A stretch of 62,847 nt of DNA, filler included, from Reclinomonas americana ATCC 50394 (GCA_048213135.1; 5 parts of 3 records of this genome joined end to end with filler, not necessarily neighbours in it); one strand, 5' to 3'. Shown: positions 38,750 to 51,724, counted from the whole stretch's first letter. Program-made: numbers and translations. The notes: generated from the sequence alone by a model not told the origin.

Positions 38750-41069
38750 CGCTTTTGCTGAGGACGAGATCAGCCGTTCAAGGTCGACTTGCGGAAGAAG
38801 CTGAGGGACGTGGGCCGGCGGTGCCAATCGTCCCGGCGGTGCTGGCGGGTACGGGTGGTGCGGTTGTGGTGGAGGTGGTGGCGGTGGCAGTGGCACAGGG
38901 TTTGCAGGGGCAACAGATACCACACCAAAGCGTATTGGCGAGCCGTCCTTATTAAGCGGCACGTCATAGATATCGCGCGCCTTGGCCACCTCTGGTTGTG
39001 GTCGTCGAAGCGACAAAAACGGATTGGAGGGGCTCGCCGGCGATTGCAGTGACTTGGGTGACGCCGGCGACGGTGATGACGCCTGCTGAGCGAACGGACC
39101 GGTCGGCAGTGGAGATGACACGGGTGACGAGATCGCCGCCAGCGCCGACACTACAGCGTCACCAACCTCCTCCGACTTCTTCTCCTCCGGTTCCCACTCG
39201 CTGCGAACGCTGTCGACAAGACTCCGCAGCGACTGTAGCGCCTCGCCGAAGCCGCCAGTGCGCTCATTCACCTGGCCGATGCGCTCCAAGCTGCGCCGCA
39301 GGGAGACCAATAGATCGCCGTGTGACGTTGGTGGAGCGCGCTCCATCTGAGCGCAGTGGGCGGGTGAGTACCACATCGCATGTCGCACACTCACCATGCA
39401 AGCTTCTCACCTTGGGCAACTGCGGTGGCGGGAGTGTGTGCACTGGGCGCGCCTCCTCTCGTCGACCCAGCGCTGGCATGGGAAACTGCAGCGCTGGAGA
39501 ATTGAAGAACTTGCTGCCACTTGACGACGCCGAGCCACCCGCCGCCGCCGTCGGAACCCCACTTGACGACGCCGAACTGCCGCCGGCACCAAACGAGGAG
39601 GGAGAACTGAAGTGCAGCAGGAGAACATTGCGCAGCTGGTTGAAGCCGAAGCGCGGCGTGCCAAGAAGTGCCCGCAGAGGTGGATCGCACACCACCATCT
39701 CCCTGGCCGAGTACAAGTTGTTCTGCTCAATGTACCGCCCGAGCCACCTGCCAGCACCGGCCACGAGGATCAGTTAGGAGTGAAGCTTGCGCAATGCATT
39801 TCATATCCCCCCACTCACCGAAACACTTGCTGGTACGTACACGGACCTCGCTGATAGCCAGGCACGTACTTGGACAAGAACGCCGACAGCTGCGGGCCAA
39901 CCAACACCTTCTCCGACGAACCCTCATTCGCCTCCTCCATGGCCTCCACATTCTCTTCCTCGTCGTCGCTGGCGTCGGCAGCCTTCAGCTCGTCCTCCGT
40001 CTGCGCCGAGTCAGCAAGGCATACAAGAGAGAGAGAGAGAGAGAGAGATTGCAGAGAGACGCAACGAGATCGGGCTTGGCGCTCCACGTGCCGGGAGGCG
40101 ACTCGACGGCCACCTGCGGCAGCGTGTGCGTCCACACCGGTGGATCCACATTGTACTCCTTGACGAGACGATCGTGTGGCGTCGGCCCCAGCTCTCGCAG
40201 TCGATTCAGCAGGTTGCACGCCAACGCCATCCCACTCTGCGTTCCGAAAAACAAGCCATACGCCTCCCGACTGCCTGCCGCTGCGCGCACAACGCGGAAA
40301 AAAACACAAAGCATGACTCTCTCACAAACAAGCGACGCCATGATGATGCCCAGCTTACCATCAACATCCAGCATCGTAGTCACACGAATGAGCTCCTCCG
40401 AGCGCACCTTGAGTGTCGACAGCGAGCCTCGCGACTCCTCCAGCACATGCACCTTGGGCATTCTCCACGACGGTTTCCCCGACTCGTCCCCTCCCAATGA
40501 CTCCACCGTCGCCGGCAACAGGCCCACATTCTGCATCGCCACCAGCGTGGCACTGGCTGGTGGTGGCTTGGGCACTGGAAACTCACGTGTCGGCATGTGC
40601 AACACCAGCACCGCGACATCGATCTTGAGTGCGGCCGCCACTCGCTCACGCAAATGCCGAACACTGCGCGCGTACTGACGCACAACGGTGCCATTCGGCA
40701 ACAGCACTAGCACGCTGACCAGTGGCCCTGTGCCCAGTGAGAGAGAGAGAGAGAAGTGTCAGCGGTGGAATGGACTCTTGACTCCTCACACACTCATGCA
40801 TTGTGTGTGCATGTCACGCAACAATCAGGGTCGTCTAGAACAGGTGGAGGTGCTGGTTGCGCGGGTGCTGGTGGTGCTGGCATGTTGACACCAAAGCGAG
40901 GCGGAGGTGGAGCGGGAACGGGGGGCGCTTGTGGGCGGCCAAACATCAGCTGATGTGGTGCCTGTACAGGCTGTGCTAGCCGTGGTGCCGGTACAGGTTG
41001 TGGTAGCTGTGGTGGCTGCGGGCGAGGTCCATTGTCCTCGTTTTCGTTGGGTGATGCTGCGCGTTGCAT
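38750..41069 (-). CDS. SWIB/MDM2-domain protein with Pro-rich regions (3' end in gap)
   Basis: KVLVGPQLSAFLS...TYQQVFR|WLGRYIEQNNLYSAREMVVCDPPLRALLG..FGFNQLRNVLLLHF matches a SWIB pattern. Confidence 0.72.
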
Positions 41070-41185
41070 GCGACTCGACTTGACTTTGTTTGTCTGTCGT
41101 CCGTCACGCAATGACGTGCGGGACATTAGTGAAGCCGGCATGCAAGATGCAAGTTGCGAGTGTGCTTGTCTAGTACGTTCATTAA

Positions 41186-43493
41186 TTATGTGCACACGCT
41201 CTTGAAGCCCATTCTTCCGCCAATCTCAAGGTCGTTGAGCACCTGCGCGCGCTGCGTGTGAGCAGCTGCATGCAGAGAGTTACCGGCATACACGAACACG
41301 CAACTGTACGAATTCCAGTGTACACCATGAGGCACGTGGAGGCGGCGATGAGGGAGCCGATGACGAGGACGACGGCGCTCTGCTTGCGGTACTTCTTCAC
41401 CACGTAGCCAATGGCCATGTTGCCGATCAGAGCGGAGAAGAGACCGGCGAAAAAGTACACGATACCGAAACCGAGTGGCATGCGACCGAGGCTGATGAAC
41501 TGGAAGGTGGCCGACGAGGCGGTGAACCCCTGCAGCGTTTGTGCACAAGTGAGAGTCGCAGTAAATAAGGCAACAGACAGAAGAGGGGGCGGGACGGGAC
41601 GCAACAATCATGAGCGCGGCGGTGGCCGAGGCCACTTGCGGATTGACGCCCAAGTACAACAGGATTGGACCCTTGATCATGCCGCCACCAATGCCCAGCA
41701 GACCGGCGATGACTCCCGCAAACACCGAGAGAGCGGGAAGCACGAACAGATTGCGTCGTGTCCACTTGATGTCTGACGACTGCGTGCGCAGGTCAGTTTT
41801 CTGCTGCAAGGCAGCAAAGAAAAAACATCAACGCGACAAACCAGCGACGGATAGCCGATGCTTATCTGCACAACAACAATAACAGCACGCATGTGGGGGT
41901 GGGGCAACAACAAAGATCACAGTGACATGAGCAAGAACGAAACCTTCAGGTCATGCTCGCGGATGAGACGGCGGCCAACAAACCACGTGATGCCGACGAG
42001 GACCGGCACCGAGAGCAGCACGAGAACCCAGTACAGCGGACTGCAGCTGGCCACTCCAAGCACACTCGGTGCTGGCGTCGTGCCTCAGCACACAGCAAAC
42101 GAACAGATACAGCGCGTGCAAGCCACAACGCACCACCGTGACCGCCCTTGAGCATCATCAGAGTAAAGACCACCACCCACGAAATGCCGAGGAGCAGCAG
42201 CTTGTCCCACGGTGTCTTGCTCTCCTTGACCTTTAGTTTGGTGACTTGCGGGTTCTCCACTGCGGCGAGTGGTGCAGGTGAGCGGAGGAGAAAAAGTCCA
42301 TTTCACCCCTCGTGCACACGCAACAAATGAGCGGCTCGTCGTCCGACAGATCGTCGTCGTCGTCGGCGGTCGACGTGACCGACCCCGACGACGCCAGCAG
42401 CTTCTTGCCGTCATTGGTGCCCTTCTTGGCGGCCACCACCTGCATCTCGGTCTCGGCCTTGGCACGAGCCGCGGCAGCCGTGCGCTCTACCGCCAAGACC
42501 AGCCAACCAACATCAGAAAACGATTGCGCAGAAGCGAGAGCAGCGCGCATGGAGCGGAGCAGCACCTTTGCGATGCAGCTGCACGCCCTTCTCGATGGTC
42601 TTCCACGCCGAGAAGCCCAGCACACCGAGCAGGAGAATAACGACGAGCCAGGTGGGGAACATGACGTTGAGGAAGACGCCGAGCGTGGTGCCGAGCAGTG
42701 TCGACGGCTCCAACACCAGTGCCGTTCCTGCACCACAACTCGCGGTCAGCAGAAGACCACCGTGCCTCCCTTCCTCAACGCCACACGCACGCACCATAAT
42801 CGATGAGTGGGCGGTCGGCCTCGGGATGGCGCTGCCACACGTTGAGCGAAAAGTTCCCGATGGAACCACCAAAGATGGCCACGGTCGACAGCGCCACCGC
42901 CAGGCCCGTCGAGTACTGGCCCACCAGCAAGAAGATGGGAATGAACAGGCCTCCGCCACCAATGCCACCGGCACCGGCAAACGCACCACCCACAAACATG
43001 CACTGTGTGACAGTCAGCAGCGATTGGAACACACGCCACCTTTTTTGCTCGCAGCTTGCTCACCACCAGAGCAACAATATCGCGTGTGGTGAACGGCAGC
43101 AGTCGCTTCACATCGCACACGCCTGCGTAGCAGAGCTCCACGTTGGGGCAGTCATCGGCCACGTCTTCATCGCACAGGCTGTTTGTTAAACCCCCGTGAG
43201 AAGAATGCATGCTTTCTTTTGTATGTGTGTGATCACATTGGCACACACCTGCAGACTGCGGTGTTGTTTGAGGCGCGACAAGGCATGTGATTGCAGTCGT
43301 GCCACGTGCTACATGCGTCGCCTGCTGCACCGTCGCCCCAACCAACATCTGTTGATTGCACGCGAGTGTGAGTGAGAATGCATGTGTGCGAGCGGAAGAA
43401 TGCATGCATGCAACTGTCAGCATGCGCGACACTGATGCAGCATGCGGCGATGAGGATGAGGAGTATGACCACGGTGGAGTGCCGTGGTGTCAT
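41186..43493 (-). CDS. TauE/SafE sulfite-exporter family membrane protein with Cys-rich N-terminus
   Basis: GAGGIGGGGLFIP, RHPEADRPLIDY, LEPSTLLGTTLGV, AGLLGIGGGMIKGP, PQVASATAALMI|GFTAS. Confidence 0.92.
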
Positions 43494-43615
43494 CGCTCTC
43501 ACACAACAAGAAAAGGCAAGGGACGAGGACTTTCACTCGTGATTGCTTTCATTCCGACGTTCAAAAATGAGGAGGGGGGTTGAATTAATAAGCGGGGGGT
43601 GGAAGAAAGAGGCGC

Positions 43616-44636
43616 TTAGCTGCGGGCAGCGTAGTACTCGTGCACCTTGGGGTGCGCGTGTGCCTTCTCGTGCACAGTCATGAGGTGCGAGTAGCTGTCG
43701 GCAATGGTGGTGGGGATGTGGTCGAGGTTGCCCGACTGCATGCGCATCAAAGACAACAACATCAGCGACAGAAAGAAGGAAAGGAGGGAGGGAGGAGGCG
43801 CAGTATGCACCTTGATGGCGTCAATCGACTGCATAATGTACAGATCGGCGACGGTGATGTTCTCGCCGACGGCGTAGCCACTGCCCGTGGTGTTGAGCGC
43901 GAGGATCTCCTCCAGTCCGCGCAGCAGCGTGGGGATGTCCTTCGCGGCCAGCTCCTCGCGCATGGCCTTCTTCTTCTCCGGATCCTGCTCCTTGAACGAC
44001 GGACCCATGCGGTAGCTGCAACATGCAACAACAATGGTGAGTCTCTCTCATGGAGTGAGGCCAAGCAAGAACACAGCAGTGTGCAACGCAACAAGAGGTC
44101 GTGGAACGCATCGAGCAGCTCGTCCACGCGCAGCTGGGCGAGGTCGTCGCTGGGGTACAAGCCCACCTGCTTGGCCACGTATCTGCGCACCAAAAAAACA
44201 ACACAAACAGTCAAAAACAAGAAAAAAACGCGGAGAATTACATGCATTATTGCATGCATTGTCATCTCTCACTCACCGAGCAATAGGGATGCTCTGCGTG
44301 TACTTGACGCCGTTCACCTACACAGTGTGCACAACAGTGAGCATGGCGCAGTGTGCGTGCACACACAGAGAGAGAGGAAAGACGCAACGTGCAGCTCGGG
44401 CAACGCGTTGAAGCGCACCTCGCCGGCGGCCTTGCGGCGGCCAAACTCCTCAAAGGAGATACGCTCTGTGCGTGTGTGCGCGCGCGCCTTCAGTGAGACA
44501 CAGAGAGAGTGAGAGAGAGAGGAGAGCGAGAGAGGGGCAAACCATCCTCAAACGAGATGCCACCAATGTGGAACAGCAGGCGCGCAAGCTCAGCGCGGCC
44601 CGGGAACGGGAAGTAAGTCAACTTGTACTCAGCCAT
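43616..44636 (-). CDS. Glutathione S-transferase, sigma-like (copy 1)
   Basis: YKLTYFPFPGRAELARL...LPELH|VNGVKYTQSIPIAR|YVAKQVGLYP...GENITVADL; five introns. Confidence 0.95.
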
Positions 44637-44947
44637 GGAAGAAGAAGAAGGAGTGGTGGTCAGCGCTCACGAGAACACAAAAGAATGTTGGAATAATCAA
44701 AATTGCGCACGCGCTGCGATATTTCTCCGAGCGAGCTCCGAGGTCGGAGTGCATGCAATGCCGGCTCGCGCTTGCTCGCTGCGTGCGAGAGCGAGCACTC
44801 CCGGTCGCACGGATGCGAGCATTTATTTCGGGTCTACGTGGCACACACACATGAACGGGAATGAAAAAGAAACGAACGGATCAGGATTTGCAAGCACATT
44901 TCACTCGCTGGCACGTGCACACAATTTGCCAGAGCTTCCCCTCGAGC

Positions 44948-45872
44948 TCACTTTGCGTGCATGGCCTTCCACTCCTGCACTTTGGGGTGCTCCGCCACGC
45001 GATTGACAATGCTGATGATGAGCGGGTAATCGTCGGCAATGGTCGCCGGCATGCCCTCGATGCGTCCGCCACGCAAATAGTTAATGTTTTGCGCCAGCCA
45101 CAAGTCAGCCACGGTCATGTTCTCGCCCACGGCCCACCCGCTGCGCGTGGGATTCGTCGAGAGGATCTGCTCGACTCCGCGCAGGCAGTTGGGCACGTCC
45201 ACGGTCACGGCGGTGGCCAGGCGCGTTTTGCGCACCTCGGGATCCTTCTCGTGCACCGCCGGTGAAATGCGGTACACAATGTCGTGCAGCGCGTCCAGCA
45301 GCTCATCCACGCGGAATGCCTCCATTCTGTGCACGAGAAGGTTAGCCGGAAGAGAGAGAGAGAGAGGGAGAGGAGAAGAGGAGAAGACGAAGAGAAGAGC
45401 GCGCGCAACGGATCCTCTGGGTACAAGTGGGCGAGACGAGCAGCAAAGCTGCACAAGAGGCGCGTTCAGTCAGAGAGGGCGGTGAGTGGAGAGACACTCG
45501 TACACAGAGGGGGGACGCACCGTGCCATTGGCACACACTGAGTGAACTTGACGCCGTCGACCTGCAGCTTGCTCACTCAGTCTCAAAATGTGCATTTTGC
45601 ATCTCTGACTCTCTCACACGCACAATCATCTCTGGCACTTGGCCGAAACGCAGTTCACCAGCGGCCTTGCGACGCGCAAACTCCTCAAACGAAATGCGTT
45701 CTGTGAAGTGCGTGTGTGTGTGTGTGTGTGATCGGAACAATGCACACAATGGTCGCCTGACAACAACGCGACGCATACCATCCTCAAACGGAATGTCGCC
45801 CAGGAAGAGCGCAAGGCGAGTGACCTCCACACGGCCGGGGAAGTCAAAGTATGTGACCTTGATTTCAGACAT
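44948..45872 (-). CDS. Glutathione S-transferase, sigma-like (copy 2, tandem paralog)
   Basis: IKVTYFDFPGRVEVTRL...FGQVPEMI|VDGVKFTQCVPMAR|FAARLAHLYP...GENMTVADL; four introns. Confidence 0.95.
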
Positions 45873-45989
45873 CGGGGACGGCGACGACGATGATGATTCC
45901 GCAAGAGTGTAGCAAACAGGATGATTAGCGGACAAGCCGCAATGGAACAACGTCGCCACCGCGCATGTTTTTATGTTGCTACGGGCGAC

Positions 45990-48898
45990 TCAGGCGGGGC
46001 CAGTGGGCGTGACCCACGTTCTCCACCCGTATCGTTCTGAATCGGTCTCGAAACCGGTAATGGTTCGACGGCAAAGCGGGCACTCGGCACCGCCACGCGC
46101 CGTCAGCATACCGGCGCACGAGTGGCACAGCACCTGGTGACTGCACGGCTGGAGANNNNNNNNNNNNNNNNNNNNNNNNNNNNNNNNNNNNNNNNNNNNN
46201 NNNNNNNNNNNNNNNNNNNNNNNNNNNNNNNNNNNNNNNNNNNNNNNNNNNNNNNNNNNNNNNNNNNNNNNNNNNNNNNNNNNNNNNNNNNNNNNNNNNN
46301 NNNNNNNNNNNNNNNNNNNNNNNNNNNNNNNNNNNNNNNNNNNNNNNNNNNNNNNNNNNNNNNNNCGGATCGGCGTAACGCAAATCGCCGGCAAACACGG
46401 TGCGAACAGTCTGCACACCACGCCACACAACAAAAAACATCAGTCACTGCGAGTCGGTGCTGTGTGCGAGCACACGTGACCTGATCCGCCTTGAACCAGT
46501 GCGCAATGCCGAGGTCGCCAACACACGCTCGTCCGGCGTCATCAAACAGGATGTTGTCGGGCTTGATGTCGCGATGAATCACTGAGCGTGTATAGTGGTG
46601 AGGTAATACTGCACAGACGGGTGCGAAAGGATGGTTGTCTTACCATTCTGTTGTGCAGGTTTGGCACGGATCAGCAAAAACGTGAGCAACAAGAAAAAAT
46701 CAAAACCTACGTGAAGATCGTGTCAAAATTGCACCTTGCTGCAGTGCACCACAGTGCGGTGGCGGTGAGCGAATAGCGACGTATACAGAGAAGAGAGAGA
46801 GTGTGTGCATCTCTCGTACCTATGAATCCCGGCCACCACTTCCGCACATCGCAAGATGCATGCAATGCGTTCCTCGATGGTCATGGGAGGCAGACTGCGC
46901 TCCTGGTAGTGCAATAGCCGGTGGCTCAGGTTGTGCTCACTGCGCCAGATTTGGTGAGTGTGCTCTACTTTGATCGACCAAGATGCAATAGCAGACTGCT
47001 ACACCTCATGGCCTCCAACACGATGCACCGGTCGGCGGTGTCCGACTCAGCGAAACCAATCATGCGCACCAGACCAGGGATGCACAACTTGGTCAACATC
47101 TCCACCTGCATCACGAGGGGGAGAATCGTCAGCGTGTGTCAAATCCCACATGCAACCAGGAGGAGGAGGAGGAGGAGATTGCGACGAAACTTCGGTGCCA
47201 AACGACGCAATGTTCCACGGAGAGGCGGCGTCAAACACTTTAACTACCACCGGCTGCTGGCCCCACATGCCGCGGTACACCGCCGCTTGCCCTCCCTCCG
47301 CCATGCGCTGTGAGAGGCCTCCTGTAATGGTCACAATCTGTGACCATGTGAACACCGTCGGCGACACTGCGTCGCATTTGCCCAGACTTGCGTGAGCCAA
47401 CAAAACAAGCGCGGAAACATGAACGGCGCACATACCCTGCTGATGCATCTGTTGCTGCAAAATGGCCAGATCACGACGAGCCGCTTCGGCACGCTCACAT
47501 TCCTCGGCGCGCTGCCGGTCCAGCTGCTCTAGCGCCGCCTGCATCTGCACCAGTTGTTCGTTGGCGGCGGCGAGCTCCTGCTGCACGAGCTGTGAGGAGC
47601 GCACGCCAGAGTCGACGGTGCCGTTCTTGTACTCGTGCAGGCGCGTGCGCAGCCGCTCATTCTCCGCCGTCAGCTCATCCACCTGCTTGCGCAGATGGTG
47701 CGCTTCGTCGGCGGCGTCATCGAGTTGTTCACGCAGATCAGCCGCCGACTCGGTGGCCACCGACAGCTGTAACCGGAGCGAGTCTTTCTCCTGGTAACTG
47801 TCCTCCAGCGCCAACTGCATCTCGGTGAGCAGGTCGCTGGAGACCGCCGCCGCCGCCGCCGCCCCCGCTACATCGGCATCATCGCGCCGAGCAGCTCGCG
47901 CCGCCGTGAGCGCCTGCTGTAATTGCACAATCTGCCAACCACGCGCGCGATCAGTGCCGACGACACACTCGCGTCACAACACATGTAGCACACGCACCAC
48001 GGCACGCTGTGCAGCCACCTCCTCGGCCAGCAACTCAGCGCGTCGCGAGGATGACGATGACGACGACGGCGACGCATCCGCTGCGGCTCGGCTCTGGATG
48101 ACAATGAGTTCATCCATCGGAACAACATACAGCTCGACAGACAGCGACACGCACCGGACTCTTGGCCGCACCCCCGGCCGCCGCGGACTTTTGTCGCGAT
48201 CCACTACCAGCACCTTGCGCTACGCAAAAGAGCAAAAAAAGCAGGCAGGCCGTGTGAGCATACGCGCCACTCAGGGGGAAGCAATCGAACAAAACCCACC
48301 CTGGCCCATCTTTCTTCGCAAGTACTCGACCACCGCCGTGCGCCCGTGCTTCTCGGCCGTATCCAACGCCGTCTTGCCCTTGTTGCTGCGCGCATTCAGC
48401 AGCGACACACCGTGATTACGCACGAGGTACTTGACAACATCGAGGTGGCCACACGAGGCCCCGAGATGCAACGCCGTCTTGCCCTTGTCGGTGGCGCGCA
48501 TCACCAGCTGCGGCCGCTCTCGACACAAGTACTCCACTGCAGCAGTGTGCCCATTGGAGGCCTGCCACCACACATACACCAGTGAGAACGCAAGCACACA
48601 GCGCAGTGAGAGAGACAGGCAGAAACACACCGCACGATGCAACGCTGTTTGGCTGTACTTGTCCATGCTGCGCCATCATCACACATGTGAACAACAGTGA
48701 GAGAAGACGCGATGAGTGGCACGACACGCACCTCTCCAGCACCGCCTTGCCATGCTCACGCGCCAGAGCTCGCAGCTGCTCAACGTTCCCATCGCGCCCA
48801 GCAACACGCACTTGCCGACCTCTACAAAACACACTGTTCAACACACACACACACACAGCATGATAGAGAGGGAGAGGAAGACGCAACACTGAGGCCAT
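45990..48898 (-). CDS. Ankyrin repeat - coiled coil - IRAK/RLK-like kinase - RING protein
   Basis: ANK: QTALHRA, GKTALHLGA, GKTALDTA. Kinase: EGGQAAVYRG, VVVK, IHRDIKPDNIL, GDLG, GDLRYADP. RING tail: PCSHQVLCHSCA..ECPLCR. The RING link crosses gap 46156-46365 and is inferred. Confidence 0.78.
46644..46647 (-). other. 4-nt micro-exon AATG of the kinase gene
   Basis: Flanked by CAACAG and GTAAGA; needed to restore HSKNVIHRD. Confidence 0.75.
46735..46738 (-). other. 4-nt micro-exon CAAG of the kinase gene
   Basis: Flanked by CTGCAG and GTGCAA; needed to restore HSKNVIHRD. Confidence 0.72.
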
Positions 48899-48941
48899 CC
48901 TCTCAATGTGTCGGCTTTCTGACTGAAGATCCGACAACACA

Positions 48942-50123
48942 ATGGATAATGGATCTTCGTTACGCGCGACGCTCGCCTTTGTTCATTACACGTCTTTCTC
49001 TCTTCTCTCATGCTTTCTACAGGAATGTGCTGATTACAACTTGGAGACCATCATATCGACGAGCAATCGTCGCCACACGGGTTCGGGGAGACCGCGCGCA
49101 CGCAGGCGCTCAGCAATCTCCTGCTTCAACTCGGTGGGGAGCAGGCGCACAGGCCCGCACTCTTGCACGTGCTCGCCTTGTGTCACTGGTGCAGAGGACG
49201 AGGAGGAGGCAGCGTCATTGTCATTGTGCAGCTCGCGAAGGATCTCTGAGGCCGCTGGAAATGCTGCGCGCGCGTGTCTCTCAGTGAGTGAGTGAGTGTG
49301 TGTGAGTGAGACTGAGGGGAAGCGCAGTGTGACAGACCAAACGCTGGCCGCTCCTCTGTCATGCATTCGCCAGAGACAATCGCTGCGCACTGAGTCACTC
49401 AACATAACAATGGCGTGGGGTGAGCGCGCGTCTTCTCCCTTTCTCCACCTTCGCTTGCTCCACTCACTTGTGTGCGTGTGTCTGCGTGTGTGTGCAGATC
49501 GTCGCAACACGCGCAATCCATCGCTGTATGACACGCGCGCCCTGATGGACCCTCAGTTGCGAGCTTGTCTTCCACTGACTCACTCGTTGCACACTGTCTC
49601 ACACACACACACACCCTCGCAGAGCACCATATGTCGCACAGCAGCGCGACCGGTACACCAACATGTTTGATCCACGGTTGCGTTCCCACTCGCTTTCTCT
49701 CATGCTCTCTCGCTCACTCTTTTGCACTCTTGCAGGAGTCGCTACTTTGAGGACTTCCCGTACCGCGAGCGGGCGACGTACTCTCGCGGCTCGGCCCTCG
49801 GCAATCCCGATTTCGGCAACTTCCGCTTCCGCAAGGGCTACTCGGCCGAGCTCACGCTGCGCGACGGCGAAACGGCCATGTTGTCGGGCGACTCGCGCAG
49901 CAAGTCGTACCGCACGCACTACTCGCCCGAGTACCGCTCCTCGTTCTTCTACTCGTGGCTCGGCAAGCTGATGCGCCTGCTCTGGCTCGATCGCCTGTTC
50001 GGCTTGCATGTCGACACGGTCAAGCATGTCCGCACGCGATCGTATGTGTTTGTCACCGCGCGCATCCTCCCCGATGCTGCTACGGCCACAGCAGCGCCTT
50101 TGCAAGCCTCCGAAGTCTCATAA
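48942..50123 (+). CDS. Hypothetical protein (start uncertain)
   Basis: Phase-consistent exon chain ending SRYFEDFPYRERATYSRGSALGNPDFGNFRFRKGYS...EVS*. The last exon has a strong C/G third-position bias. Confidence 0.55.
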
Positions 50124-50279
50124 ACATCGGTCGAAGTTGTCCGGTCCGTCCGTCTTCACGTTCGTCGTCCGTCGCTTGTCTCCATCCCGCGCTCGCGCAC
50201 TCCCCGCTGTCTGTGTCTGTTCCCGCACCTCCACTTGTGTGGCTGGTGGTGGCGAGCACAGAGCACAAGAGAAGAAAAG

Positions 50280-50372
50280 ATGGGCACCAAGGGTTCGAAA
50301 GCCTCGCCCGACCTCAACTACTACACGCCGACTGGCCTCTACCCGTCGTGCCCGTGGGATGACAAGCAGGTC

Positions 50373-50409
<37 letters not shown>

Positions 50410-51693
50410 TCCGTCACACGCACGCACACGAATAGGAGCTGAAAAAACTCCACGCGCACTTCACACACAGGTAAAGAAGCTGGTCACTCGTCAGCGTGTG
50501 GCGCCGCGGTGGCCTGGCAAGCAGGAGCGCTCAGCAGAGGCGGGCGAGGAGTGTCCCATTTGCTATCTCGTTGCGTGGTGGAATGACTTCTGAGTGCGCG
50601 CGCGCGCGGACATCTCGCTCTCCGGGCTCCGGCGTTTTCGCGCACGCCATTCTCTCTTTCTGTGTGTGTATGTGCGTGCGAGTGTCATCTCTCTTGTGGT
50701 GTCTTGTCAATGTGCGCATGTGCAAAAAAAAGGTGCGGTTGCGAATGATCTCTGTTGCGCGTTCTCCGTCTTCGGCGCATCAGTGTCATCATTATCAATC
50801 GAGAATAGTCACTGGCCACAATCATTGCACATCTTACTCACTTCATTCTTCCTCTTGCAGGCGTATCCAGCGCTCAACACATGCACGTGCTGTCGGCAGA
50901 CGCTGTGCACTGGTCAGTCAGTCAGTGTGTCTTGTCTCTGTCTGATTCATGCGTGTGTGCGTGCTCATTTGGTGGTGGTGGTGGCGGCGCAGAGTGCTAC
51001 TTGCAAGTGAAGAGCCCGACGTATCCTGCGGCCTCCGAGTGCCCGTTCTGCAAGAAGCGGAACTTTGACGTCAAGTACTTTGGCGTGCGAGCGCTGGAGG
51101 AGCGAGTGAAGGAGGAAGAGGTCGGAACCTCGATCTCTCTCTCTCTCTCTCGCTTACAGTGGTGATGGCGTTTCTTATTCGGTGTGTTGTGTGCAGGAAC
51201 TGTTGCGAGTACAGGAGCTGCAGCGCAAGGCGCGTGAGTTGCAGGAGGAGGAGCGGCAGCGGAAGCGCGCCCAGTCACTACGCTCCAGTGCGAGTCCTGT
51301 GGCCGGTGTTGCGGGTTCGCCGGCCTCGGTGGGCAGTGCCGATGCCTCTTTTGATCCCACCGAGTTTGGTTTCTCCAGTCGCGAGGGCTACGAAGCGGGT
51401 GCGTAGACACCGTTCTCGAGACGTGCTGTGCACTCCATTGCGCTCACACGATTGGTGTGACACACGCAGCACGGAACGCGGCGCAAAGTGTGCGAGTGCC
51501 GCCGCCGGGCATTATCGAGATTGGTGGGCGCTCACGACGCCACCGCTCGCACCGGGAGCACTCGGGTGGTGGCGGAAGCGGCAGCCGCTCCCATCGACAC
51601 TCGTCTCGCCGTGCCTCGCGCGATGCAGTGGTGCGTTGTCGTTGTTTGTCGGTGCTGACTCGATCCTTCTCCCATCACCAGGAATACTCACGC

Positions 51694-51724
<31 letters not shown>

